64,000 bases of DNA from Lama glama (Eukaryota). Shown here piece after piece: positions 23,158 to 35,576 of this stretch. Position 1 is the first letter of the stretch, and each line of letters starts with the position of its first letter. Location of the stretch: contig CM052820.1 in the NCBI GenBank assembly GCA_028534125.1, positions 372,001 to 436,000 of the forward strand. Direction: 5' to 3'. Under the pieces are notes generated by a model that was not told the DNA's origin, made no database searches, and saw nothing but the letters and a program-made list of their open reading frames with translations. The position numbers were made by a program, and so were the translations under genes.

Positions 23158-25974
23158 AGAGGACACCTTTTAAGGTACTGAGTGGGGCTTATGTTTGGTG
23201 TGGCCCATTCAGCATACATCCATCTCACAGGCTAGTGGTCATAGAAAGTTATTTCCCTCTTCTATTAAGAAACAACCAAGCTCCTGGAAGAAACATAGCG
23301 CACAGCGGGACATTCAGTTGCTGAGTTATGGTGGCAGAAAGTCCAAGATGAATGCTGTAAAACTTCTGACCAAGTATAGAAAGAGCCAGAGAACCTCAAT
23401 GTGTCGGGAAAGAAAAGAACAAAACTTTTTTTTAATGTGTATTTTTAAATTGATTACACAAACTATTTTGGGCTAGAGTAAGATTTTCTACCTTCTCTTT
23501 TTCTCCTTTTTGTATTTCCAGAATCAGATTTCAGAAGTGATGCCCCTGGTCAGCTGTTGTTGGGCCAGGCGTAGTAAAGTTCCTCGAGGACAGCTAGGAC
23601 ACGCCAGACTCGTCTGGGCATCGTGTTGCATTCGTCATCTTGACGCTGCTCTTAATTTGTTAACAATGCACTGGCTGTGCTCTCCCGTGATATTTTTTAT
23701 TGGCATTCATGTGAATTTTTAAATTAAAAATTAATTTTACTTCAAATCAAGTTTATATTTTCGTATAGTTTTTAAAAGGTCAAACAAATCTGGAAATGCT
23801 TGTAAGGAAGAAAAACTAGTTTCCTTCCTACAGTCATGTTTCCTCTCCTGCAGAACACCCACACTTGCCTCCTGGCTGATGCCTTTGGTCTTTGCTCCCA
23901 GTTCTGGCGTCTGAGCCTGACTTGCTCACTTATTGCTCTTCCTTCCCATTTCACACATTGTCTCTTGACTCCGAGTGGAGATGTGAAGTTTCTCGCTTTC
24001 TTTCGCCCCTCTGCCTTCTCTGTGCAGACAGATCCATGGCTGCCCAAAGCAGGTGCACGTTTGATTTGCTCTTTCAGTCTGTAGTGTCTCTTATGACTGT
24101 GTGGTGCCATTCCCAGCTAGGCCGAGTGGTGTGATGGGGTTACTTTTCCTTTCCTGGGTAAGTCTGTTTTCCCTCAAGTTCTCATGAGTCTTTGTTTTTC
24201 TGTTGTTTTCTGTGTGTTTGTCACTAAATTCAACCCCCAATTCACCAGTTGTCTAAAATTGCTTTCAGGAAATTAAACTATTTGATCTGATCAAGTTCAG
24301 TATTTTACTAATTTCATCCTGACCACACCTCTCCCAGGTCTCCGTTCTGCTGGAATCTCGCTGCAAATCTCACTGCCCTCTGTTTCCTGGAACCCTTCTC
24401 TTTTTCTTGATTTTTTTGCCCTCTCATTCTGATGGCGCACTTCCTCACGGAGTTGCCTGGGGAAAGATTCATGGGAGGTAAAATTTTGAGGACCTGGATG
24501 TCTGAAGAGCTTCCTTTGGCCCTGAGTGGGAGTTCGGACACCATTTTTGCTTCTGTTTTCTGTCTTGTGCTGTTACCCTGGAAGCATTAAGCTGTTTTGG
24601 TTCCTGAGCCTTTGTATGTGACTGTTTCTTCTTTGACGCTTAAAGGGTTTTCTCTGTGAAATTCAAAATACCCAGCACAGTGACGTCCCCTGGAGTCTGG
24701 TTTCATCTAATGCCTTGCCTGTCCTTTGGGCTCTTTGATTTAGGAGCGTCTATTCTTCAAAGCTGGGCATTTTCCTTGATTTATTGCTTGGCTTCTTCCC
24801 ATTCACTTTCCTTCTCTTTCTAGAATTCAGCTATTGGACCTTCACTTAGAGTCGTACTTCCTTCTGTTTGTTGCACTTTTTGTAGCCCAGCTGTGGATCT
24901 TGCTTTGTCTTAAATGTGTGCTGAAGCGCCCTGGTGGAGCAGTGGACAGAGACTGTGAGCAGGCCAGTCCTCACTTAAGAAACTCAAGTGGCCAGAGAGC
25001 AAGGCGGGGTTTGTTTCACTGATGATCAAAGAGCTGCCTGCCCTGCAGATTGGGAAAAATAAACGTGACTGTTCCGGTTATTGAGGGTGAGAGGGGCAGG
25101 TATACTCGGATGTTGGGGAGTGTACATAGTTTAGCTCTTTTGGGGGTAATCTGTGCCTTGGCAGAAGGACAACCATGATGCATTTTTGAACGGAAATAAG
25201 TGTGACAGGTGTGAACCAGTGCATGTGATGGGATCCTATCTTGTTTAAACCATGTGTTGATATAAACAAGAAGAAAAATTAGATAAGCAGTGGTTTGGGG
25301 GATATTTCTTGAGGAAGAATTATGAGGGATTGCCAGTTTTTACTTTTTTGTTGTGGTGGTTGTATTTTATAATATTTTTATGCTAAAAATCACATTCCTT
25401 GGTAGACCATCACTGCAGCAAGCTTGGGTTAGTATTAACATTCATACTATCCACCGATAAAACCGGCATTGATGTAGTCTCAGCCCCTGCCGTCCCATCC
25501 AGGCGCTGCCTTGGGTGCAGGACCCCCGGGAGGCTTGGTGGTGCCCCAGGCCCCAGGACGGGGACAGCAGGCCTCATCTGGAGCAGGGAGAGGCAGGCAG
25601 TGGCTGATGTGGAAGCCAGTGGTTACTTAGCAAGTGCCACTGAGCAACAGGGATGGGTTGTTTTCAAATAAGAGTTTTCTGAAAGTGCTCTTGGGTTCGC
25701 TTTTGTTTGTGTGAATTGGTGCTCTGAATGTTCCTGGACGTGGACCTTGTTGGACATGCAGCAGTGCTTTGTCTTAGATACAGACTGCTGGGCACTGGTC
25801 CTTTCTAGCAGAGGGGACGAAGGGTTGAGATGTTCGTGCAGGTGGGAAAGGTAGTCCTCCAGTGGACTGGGAGTCAGGAGACCCGTTCTTAATCGGCCTT
25901 GTGATTTTGGGCGTTTCTTGACCTGTAGGACTTTAGCTCCTTTGAAAGATAAGAAAGGAATCTGAGATGGTTTG

Positions 25975-26060
25975 CTTTCTTTTCTTCTTTTCTTCTTTCT
26001 CTCTTTCTCTTTCCTTCCTCCCTCCTCCCCTCCTTCCTTCCTTTCTTTCTTTCTTTCCCC
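25975..26060 (+). repeat. CT-rich low-complexity / (TTTC)n-(TTCC)n microsatellite
   Basis: About 85 bp of uninterrupted pyrimidines. Confidence 0.85.
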
Positions 26061-26209
26061 TTGGTCAACTCAGTTTATCAGAAACTTAGTTTTCCAGTTT
26101 GGAAGGATGTGACATGTTTTAAGCCCGCACGAGTGATATGAAAAGCTTTGCTACTAAAGCTTTTTCTCGTTGTTTCCTACACGCCAGGCATCATGACCTT
26201 TATTTCCAG

Positions 26210-26388
26210 CAGTGGTTCCGCCAGGCCATCCAGCCTCCCGAGAACATCTGGTGATGCCTAGAGACGATTTTGGTTGCCGTGACTCGGGGGTGCTCCTGGC
26301 ATGTAGTGAGTAGAGGCCAGAGGTTCTCAGCATCCTGCAGTGACCCCACGATCCCCAAAGTCAGCAGCACTGCGTTGGAGAAGCCCTG
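26210..26388 (+). mobile_element. MER20-like hAT-Charlie DNA transposon
   Basis: Ends cagtggttcc ... gagaagccctg; internal gagacgattttggttgccgtgact...ctcctggcatgtagtgagtagaggccag; degenerate 8-bp flanks atttccag/ctttacag. Confidence 0.7.
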
Positions 26389-26576
26389 CTTTACAGGGTC
26401 CCTCCTTGAAAGGGCTCTAGGGTGTAGCGGTCATGGGCCCCATTTCTCAGTTGAGAGTGGAGCCTGGCGGGTGAGGCCACTTGCAGGTGTGGCTGAGTTA
26501 AGGCTGTGTTGCCTGCACTGCTGGAGCCCTCATGTCACAGCTACTGAGGAGGAAGGTGGTAACAGAAAATCCTCCC

Positions 26577-26708
26577 GAGCTTACTCTCCCAGGCCTGGGT
26601 TAATACTCTGCACATAAGCTCACATAATCCTCACAGTGACACCAAAAGGTAGACATTAACATCAGCTCCTTTTTACGGGGCGGGAGGCAGAGCCCAGAGA
26701 AGTGAGGA
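26577..26708 (-). mobile_element. MIR SINE
   Basis: gagcttact...taatcctcacag...aggtagac...ctcctttttac...gaggcagagcccagagaagtgag MIR core. Confidence 0.6.
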
Positions 26709-29700
26709 TCTGTAATTATTTCTTCCTTCTCTTGGTCCTCATCTTCAGAAGTTGACACATTTAAACATTCGGCCTTGACAAGTTTACCTGATGTTTCCTC
26801 TTACAGCATCTCCAGGTCTTCTCTAAAGCTTGGGGTCAAGAAGGCAATATTATACCCACACAGTCCTTCTGGTCCAGTAGTGGGGCTGGCCAGACCTTTG
26901 CAGCAAGATAGATATTCTACCCCAAAATAAGCACAGTAAAGTTGTCCTGGGTCTCTTAGAATTTTGACACTCTCTCATTGATTCACTGAACATGAGTACA
27001 TGTCTGTCAGTAGGTTTCCTGTAAGGAAGTGAATGAATCAAAGTCCGGGTCCTGAAGCCACTGCAGCCACCTTCAGGGGATCAGTTCATTTCTGCTGGAC
27101 TAGTGTTTCCGTTTTCCTGTTGCAGCAACCCAGCTCTCCCGCCTCTGGCTGCCTCTGTGGCGTAATCTTACTAACACTCAGGTCTCGTGGAGTGAGTTCC
27201 CCCTTGGTTTACCTGCCCTCAGCCTTTGTCTGGAGGACAGGATAAGCCCTTGGTGGACGTGTACTTGTCTGGAGCCCCCACAGTGCAGCATGTGTCCTGG
27301 TTGTGGCCAGCGCCCTGTGTGTGTGGAGGGCTGAACAGACAGGACCGTGCTGATTGTGAAAGGGGAATATTCTGAACGCTTGTCCTTTACTGGCTCTGGT
27401 GAGCTCTGTGCTGAGCAGCCGAGGCTCTGAGGGGCTTGTTGGCTGAAGAAGTAAGTGGCCTCAGCTCGACTTGCTGCTCTTCAGCCACCATAGACTTTGT
27501 TGCCTTCACAGATGGTGTCCAGGGGCTGGCTGACGCTCGGAACATCGTATCCTCCTGCCTCTCCCTGTGCTGGGTCACCCGTGTCAGCATTGTTCCTTTG
27601 TCTGGCCTTCTAGCATCTCATTCTGAGGTGTGGGTTGAGCTGGGGACCAGATTTCTGAGGTGGAGCAGTAGCTCGGCCTTGCTCTGCGAGCAGGAGATGC
27701 TGTCTTCCCAGCCATGAGGCCAATGTGGCGCTTAAAGCTTGTAGACACGGTGCAGCTGGACCAGGGCCACTTGAGGTTTCCTTCTTGAGGGAGGACACCA
27801 CTTGAGCCAGAGGCATTCGGTGTGAATCATTCTCTCTGCAGCGTAAACCATTGTGCCCTTCCAGGCAAGCTCTGCGGTGCGCGGGTGGCAGTGCAGCATG
27901 TCGGGCCTGCGCGTCACTGGGCCCGGGTGGCTGGACTTCCGTGGATGGGAACTGGGAGCCGAGAACCTCCCCCCAGGCCGAGGCTGCAGCGCCCCGAGAG
28001 CTCTGGGTGCATGGTTCTGGGGGAGGGAAGGCGCCGTGGGAGCGACTGCCTGTGTGGCAACCGCTGTGCCTGTGGGAGGCGTACCTAGGGGGCCCCGGAG
28101 GGAGCTGTGCTCTGAAGAGGTTGCCACGGTAGACGGCCCTGCCCGCGGGAGACCGCGGGGCTGGAGAGCCGCCCTCATCTCCGAGGGCCTGGCCCTCGGG
28201 GCCTGGCGGGGCCGGAGGGAAGAGGAGGCCGTTCAGGTGGAGAGCTGGAAGAAGCCCTCCTTGAAGCAGAGCGTGTGTTGGCGTTGCTGCTGGTTTTGAA
28301 ATTGGGGTTGAGGTGAGTGACTTGCTGAGAAGTAGTTCCAGTGGTTCTGCCCCGCGGGCTCCCTTCGTGGTGCAGTGTGTGATTTCTGGGTCCTTGTTAC
28401 AAAGACTTGAAGGCTTTTTGCCCTCACTGTAACTCTTTTTCTTTAGAAATTAAAAAAAAAAGTGAAAGAGGAAAGGACTTCCACGTTCTTTTCTGCCTTT
28501 CTGATGTACCGTTCCGACAGTTAACGAACCATGTTCGCTTGATGGTGTCCTGTAACCTGTAGATAGAGGGCCCTGAGTGCGTCGAGTGGAGCTTCAGATT
28601 TATTTCTCCTTCACTCTGTGCTCTTCACGTTGGAGATGGTGCCCTGACCCCTGGACGCAGATGTTAGGTGACGGCAGGTGTGGACACCCAGCTCTTGCTG
28701 GCGGGGGAGAAGAAAATCTAATGTGCGGCAGGATCCTGATCGATTTTACTTTGTAGCCAGTGTATCTGTTACTCTTCATTTCACTGATAAGCTTTCTAAT
28801 TTTATTAATACTTAACCCATTCATAGATACCTTTCAAATGGAATTACTGAATTTAACCGTTTTGACTTTTTCTGATAAACAGAAGATTAGTTAAGTGGTC
28901 CTAAGGCACTGGCTTGAATCAGTCTGTGTGAGATAATTTGAAGAATAGTTTTTTTCTTTAGAAACAAGGCTTCTATTTTGACGTATTTGCTTATACTTAG
29001 AGCTGACTCTCCCGCCCCGGAACCAAAGTTCTGTGTCCCCTTTGTTGCCCGAGCAGTGAGCTCAGCAGGGCTGCAGGGCTGCCCGTGCCCGGGGCCCTTG
29101 GCTCCTGAGCTCAGCCTGGCGGTCTCTGGGATGTCCCGACAAGAGCCAGCTGCAGCCAGGGTAACCCGGCAGGCTCAGTGCTCCTTGGGGGCCGCCCTTA
29201 GTTTCCGCAGGTGTGGGAGGTGATTGCCGGTTCCCTTGAGATGGGTGAGTGCAGTTCCCTGAAAGACTGGGTAGCAGAGGGGAAGATGGTGTTGCGGGGG
29301 AGTGTCAAGGGCCGATCTTTAAAAGCACGAGCTGGCTCCCCTCTGACCTTTGAAAGCTGCTTTGCTTCTGGAGCAGTGTGGTGTGTCTCACATTCCTGTC
29401 CGAGGTGGGATGGGGCTTTAGGTGTGCCTTGCTGCCAGGGACGCGCTGACCTGGAGAGAGTGCAAAACTCCAGGCTCGATGTCGTCCAGTGGTTCCCCAG
29501 TGGTTCCCCTGGCGCGGGGAGTGTCAGGCTAACCCTCGAGCAGGAGGCGGCGGGGGAGGTTCGGGGTGATTGTGGGTCTTCCCTCGCCAGCAGGTCTCAC
29601 TGCAGTTGACATGTATAGTGAGTAGGTTTTTGGTATCAGTGGACGTATGGCTTTATTGAAGGCTGTTTTCGTTTTAGCTGGTTTAGAACCTGTGTGTGTC

Positions 29701-32700
29701 GGGAGGCTTCTTACAGGAATATTTTAACTCCAGAATGTACTTGTCTTGTCTTCTTACCTCCTCTCCCGAGTCCTGGGGTGGGGGGGTGCTGTGAGTGTTC
29801 TCCTTTCTTTTAAGCCATTGCTGGTTGGTCAGTCTCCTAGCTGGTCTAAGGACCACTCCCTCCCTGTGGGCAGCGCTCCCCTGACCTGCCTGGCTGGCTT
29901 CCTCTGCTGGCGTTTCCAACTTTGTTTCTTGCTCGAGGATAGTCTGGTGGCAGCTCGGATGGAGCATCCTGAGCTCTTCCTGTGGACGTGGCGTCTGAGG
30001 AGCTCTCGGAGCACTGGGGGTGGGGGGCGGGGGCTCCCGCAGGCCTCCTGCTTCCCCCACCCGTGGGGACCCGGACTGTGTCAGCATGTCAAGGCTGTGC
30101 CATCAGCAGCTTCCTTGACACTCTATGATAGTTTAAAAATCTGGTTTCATGAACTTTGAAAAAATGGTATGTAACGGACTTTAGCATCACAAAATCATTG
30201 TAAAATTGAGGTGAAACTTTGTTACGCTGCATAAAATGTGGGTGAAGAGTGCGTTGATCAAAGTAGTTGAATTCACGTTAAATATAATTAAAATTGAGTT
30301 TTGGCTGAGTTGAATGGTCAATGTCATTTGCAACCCCTCTCCTGTGTCAGTGTGTTTATTTCCAAGTTAGGACATTTATTTTTTAATTACCGAAGTAGTG
30401 CTGCCCCCTCTGATGTGCTGCTATGATCGCTGTGCTCACAGAGCAGGTGCAGGTCTGTGCACTGCACCTTCGGAACCCCCGCAAGTGACTTGGGGACGGG
30501 AACCTCATCACCCTTGGATATTTCGGTGTGTTTCCCACAAACAAGACTCCCTCCTCCACATTCAGCCGTCAGAGTGAGGACGTTGACGTTAATGCTTTGC
30601 TAACTTGAGATCAGTTTGCATTTCACCAGAAGGATCCAGTTCACAGTCCTGTGTTAACATTTCGTTGTCAGATCTCTTTCAAGCTGGAACGTCCACTCCA
30701 TCTCACCTTGGCTTCCCCTGCCTTAATGATTACAGGCAGTTACTTTTTGCAGTGTCCCTCACAGTGAGCCTGCCTGTTGTTTTCTTTCGATTATATTGAG
30801 GTTTTGCATCTTCGGCGGGAACAGAAGGGATGCCGGGTTCTCCACCTCACATCGTGTCAGCTGGCACCAACTCAGGGTGTCCCTTACCAGTGACAGTCCC
30901 CTGATCACTTGGTTAGTGGGCTGGTGTCTGCCAGGCCTCTCCACGGGGATGTCTTTGTAATTGGCAAGACTTACATCTGTTCCTGGGAAACTTCCAGCTT
31001 CCTCGTCTGTATCAGCATGGCTTCCCATTTCACTCAGTAGGTCATCGTCTTTTGTTATCATAGTTAGTTTTGATGCTCATTTGCCCGTGTTTGGCCAGTG
31101 GGCGCCCCTCACAGCCAGCTCCTGTGTCCTTCTGGCGAGTCCCCACTATTCGCAGTACTTCCTGCTCTCCCGCCGCAGACCCAAAACCAGCCTTTTCTTC
31201 AAGGAGGCCATTCCATTTTTTGATGGTTGGTGCTCAAAGAAGCAGTCTGGCACCAGGTGCATTGTTGGGATGTTGCTACACCCAGACCTTCTTCATGGTC
31301 AGAGATGCAGAGTGTGTGTGAACATACATGCACACGCACACAGACATACAAATGCCCATGTATTTACAACACACTCTTGTCTATTTTTATCTCTGTGAAA
31401 AGACATGAGTTCATTCCAGAACCTCCAATTTCTGTCTAATACCGGGGTTCGTTCCAGTCTCTCCCTTTCCTCATTGGTAGCTCCCTTTTCCAGCAGTGCA
31501 GTCCTGCTGCCAGTGTCCCTAGCACGTTGACCTGTGTGGTTAGTCACGGTCTCCTGTTGCTGCCCCTCTCCTTCACAGATGCCTTCTGCCCGCTTCACCT
31601 CACTCAGCCTCTGATACCCTTGCTGTGGGGACACCCTCTTACATGGAACTCATGTCCTAGTTTTTAAAAGTGAAGCTCTACACACTATCTTTTTGCCTCT
31701 CCGGGCTGTTGCCCAAGCATCACTCCCGTGCTGGCGACTGCGTCATGTCCTGTGTGGCTGGTCACCACTTTCCCATGGGTGCACACTGTCTTTCCAGTTC
31801 TTTGCAAGTCACGGTACGGCTGCAGCCCTCCTGCCCCTGTTGCACCTGTGCCTTCTGCGCCCCTGTGCGGCTACTTCTAGAAGAGTAGCTTCTGTGGAGT
31901 GTCATCACTGAACTGGACTGTGTGGGAAAACTGCGTTCTAATTTTGCACGCCCTCGGCGGTCAAGTCGCCTGTTTCCTCACCAGTTCACAAACTGCAACC
32001 CTGTTGTTCGTCTTTGCTGATGGCGTGGAGCAAGGACTGAGTGAGATGAAGAGGCAGTGTTAGTTAATCCTCTGTGAACTGTGTTGATACATCCTGGCCT
32101 GTTCAGATGTTTTCCAAACAGGGGAACTCTGTTTGCACCCTAACTTCTGTGTTAGGTAGGTAGCCTTCACCATTTACAGTTCTTAAGCTCCACTGGGCTC
32201 AGAGGAATCCGTATCTTCCTTGATAGCGTCTGCAGCCTGTATATTCGGTGGCTTTTGCACCCTCCAGGCACAGGGTTTTCTCCTCAGTCTTACGGTTCCT
32301 CAGGGCTGGGTTATTTAGTGTCCGATCCCTAGTCCAGCTGAAATTTATCTTGGTGTACATGGCATAAGGTAGGGATCAACCTTTGTATTTGTTTCAAAGT
32401 GGATTAGGAATGGGCCCAGTTCTCTTTGCTGCTAGCGCATCCTTCCAGCTGACGTGAAATGGACTTGTCCCCACTGGTAACCCTGTGACACACTTGAGTC
32501 GGCTTCACTTAGCCTTTTCGTCTTCCTGAGCCACAGCCACCAAGTACTAATTACCACTGCTTTGTGGTGTGCTTTGCTTGTTTGAGGTGAATCCCGCCCC
32601 CCGCCCTTGTTTCTTTAATTTTCTTCTTCAGCAAATTACGTAGACCAGTTTTATTTTTTGGTGAATTGGGAAATCTTTTTTACTGTCTTTAAAAAAAAAA

Positions 32701-32728
32701 CAGAAACAAAAAACCCCTGCTGACACAT

Positions 32729-33139
32729 TGTGTTAGTTTCCTAGGGCCATGGTAAATTACCACAAATTTAGTAGTTTAGAGCAACAGAAATTTATTCTCT
32801 CACAGCTCTGGAGGCCAGAAATCTGAAATCTGGCCGGCCACACCCGCTCTGGGCTCCAGCGGAGGAACTGTTCCTTGCCTCCCGCAGCTTCTGGGGCTGC
32901 TCCCACAGCCCGCGCGCACCTTGGGGTCCGGTGTTCCAGGCTCTGCCTCCGTCTCCCCGCTAGCTTTCTCCTTGTTACATCTCTTTGCCTTACGTTTTGA
33001 TGGCACTTAGGACCCACCCACACAATCCAGGGTAATCTTTAATTGCATCTGGAAAGACTTTTCTTCCAAATAATGTTAACGTTTACATTCCAGATGTCAG
33101 GACTGAATGTTTAAGGTGGCTGTTACTCAGCCCGCCACA
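32729..33139 (-). mobile_element. MLT1 (ERVL-MaLR) solo LTR
   Basis: tgtgttagtttcctagggc...aattaccacaaatttagtagttta...caacagaaatttattctctcacagctctggaggccagaaatctgaaatc...ttactcagcccgccaca; TG...CA ends. Confidence 0.8.
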
Positions 33140-33588
33140 GATGTGACGTGGCATTTCCTTGAGGGTGGAGGTGAACTTGGAGAAAGCAGACATCCTGTGA
33201 CAAGTCCCCAGGATGAGACTTGGCATCGTATTCATGGCTTGGGCATCTGGTGTGTGTGTGTATTTTGCTGACATTGAACTTTTCTTCAGTTTTCCTAGCT
33301 TTTCACTGTCACAGAGGGGTCTCCTAGACAGACGGTTATCTGCAAATAGAGGCGTTTGTGTCTCTGAGTACTTATTTCTCCTTAGGCTGCACGTTTGACC
33401 ACAGGAGACATCTTTGCTGATTTGTTACTTATTTTAATAAGATAATCTTAGCTTTTCACTAAATATGATGTATTTTACTTCAGGGAAATAGTCTTCAGAT
33501 AGCCATTCCCTTCTACCCCTGGTGTTAACCTCCTTGGGAAGTAAGAAATAGATGCTGAATTCATCAGTCTCTTGGGCGTTTTTCAGTC

Positions 33589-33704
33589 TTTTTTTGAGGT
33601 GGAGGTAATTAAGTTCATTTATTTTTAATGGAGGTCCTGGGAATTGACCCCAGGACCTCGTGCATGCTAGGCATGCGCTCTACCACTGAGCTGTACCCTC
33701 CCCC
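33589..33704 (-). mobile_element. tRNA-Ala-derived SINE (Vic-1 type, Camelidae)
   Basis: Minus strand GGGGGAGGGTACAGCTCAGTGGTAGAGCGCATGCCTAGCATGCACGAGGTCCTGGGGTCAATTCCCAGGACCTCCA with A/B boxes, then an A-rich tail. TSD tgggcgttttt (33573) / tgggcattttt (33705). Confidence 0.85.
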
Positions 33705-34599
33705 TGGGCATTTTTTAAATAATCTATCAGTCATGTATCTGTGTTTACTTGTTGACACAAGTGTGAGGTGCATACATTGCCTAGTACTGACTCCTTGCTG
33801 CATCCCTAGAACGTAGTGCATTACTCTCTAGATTTAGAGTGGATTTATTAGGTTGGTGTTTTTTTAAAATGTTATGTGTTTGTAAACTGATTTGTAGTTG
33901 ACAGTCTCTTTTCTCTGCAGCATCCACTCATTGTTTTGAGGAGGCAAAACAGTGCCCTGATTTTCCTCTAGGGAGCCACCCTTTCCACCATGTACAAGCC
34001 ATGTGTCTTGGATGAAATGGCCCAGCTGCGTGAGTAGACCCTGATTGGCTGTGGCTTATAGACATATCCCATCCCCTTGGCCCCTTGACTATAGTTATTG
34101 GTCCCCTAATGGGCTTAGAACCCAATTAATACCAGTGAGCTACAAAAATAATTTATGGGGTCCCCATGGGGCAAAGAAGCTCTTACTTCCTTGGGAGCTA
34201 CCGGAGATGTAATCACTGCCGTTTGTAGCACTGTTCTTACTCAATACCAGGCAGGGATAGTGCTGTATCAGTGTGAGCATGTGTTCTTCGTGGTCTTTCC
34301 GTGGCTTTGCCAGACTAGAGAGTTCATTGCTTTTGGATCGCTTCTTCAGAGAAGCCAGTTCTGGCTTTGACTGACCAAGCTAAGCTGCCTTTGTTTCTTC
34401 TGTTTTCTTGTTCACCAGTTCTTCTTTTGTTTATATATTCACACTATTTTCTTTGATTTTTTTTTTCTTTCCATCTTGACTTGAATGCTTAGCTCATTTA
34501 TCCTCATTCCTCTTTATAATTAACTTCGCAAGTTTGATTAATCCTCAAAGTGCAGCTTTGGGAGTGTCCTGCAGACCTTGGTGAGTAGTTCTCTTTGAT

Positions 34600-35160
34600 G
34601 TTTTTTTAGCCTTTTTGTTAGAAAACCTTTCAAGCGAATCCCAAGATAGGAGAGAATACTGATATTTCATACACCTGTCACCCAGCTTTAACAATTACCA
34701 AAATTTTACCATTCTCATTTTATCTTTCCCTGCTTGTCCCCTACTCGCCATACTTTTCATTTTGAGTTTGAGTGTTTTAAAGCAAATTTCACATTTTGTG
34801 TCCCTTGTAAATACTTAGAGCATGGGTCTTTAGTAGATGAGGGTTTTAAAGAAATCATATCTAAAAAACGTGTTAATAGTTAACAATTCAGTATCTATTC
34901 TGTGTCAGTTTTCTCCAAATGTCACAAAATAGTTTTTACCTTTGGTTTGTTTGAATCAAAACCTGAAGAAGTTCTCCACACTGCATTAAAATCTAGGCAA
35001 TTAAAAATCTTTGACAGTTCCTTGTCCTCTTTTTTAAAAAAGTGCTGCTTGTTTGTAAAAGCACCAAGGCCGTTTGGGCTGTGGCTTCTCCCACACTCTG
35101 GATTTGGTTGGGTGTATCTTGTGGTGGTATGTGATGCATTTCTCTGATCCGCAGAGGTCT
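34600..35160 (-). mobile_element. L1MC/L1ME-type 3'-end fragment
   Basis: cacctgtcacccagctttaacaattacc...ttttaaagcaaatt...gtaaatact...ggtttgtttgaatcaaaacc resembles old L1 3'UTR. Confidence 0.5.
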
Positions 35161-35278
35161 TGTTTGTTTGTTTTTGTTCTTTCAAAAGTGGAGTGGGGAG
35201 GGGGCCAGGAACACATCCTTTTTTATCAACCAGTTATCTAATGGGCTTAATAGCCATTTTGCTTATGTCCATTGTTTC

Positions 35279-35576
35279 ATTGGTCGGTTTCCTGTTGCTG
35301 ATGTCACAAACTACCACACAGTTGGCTGAAGTCTGCCTCCCTGGGCTGAGTCTGGGTGTCAGCAGGGCCCCCTCCTGGCTGCTTTAGGGGACTGTCGATT
35401 CCTTGCCTTCTTCAACTTGTTGAAGCTCCTGCATTCCCTGTGGCCCCTCCTCCGTCTTCAAAAGTGCATGATTTTAAGGACACTTACTTAATTCTTAGCT
35501 TAATTCATTTGTAACATGTACAGGTTCCAGGGCTAAGTACTGGATATCTTTGGGGGGGCCATGATTTAGCCTGCAA
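35279..35576 (-). mobile_element. MLT1 (ERVL-MaLR) LTR fragment, internally deleted
   Basis: tttcctgttgctgatgtcacaaactaccaca...gtcagcagggcc...ttccttgccttcttc...caggttccagggctaag...ggatatctttgggggggccatgatttagcct. Confidence 0.7.

Noticed and set aside
33625-33704. Possible tRNA-Ala gene
   Set aside because: A-rich tail, TSD and degenerate B box indicate a SINE.
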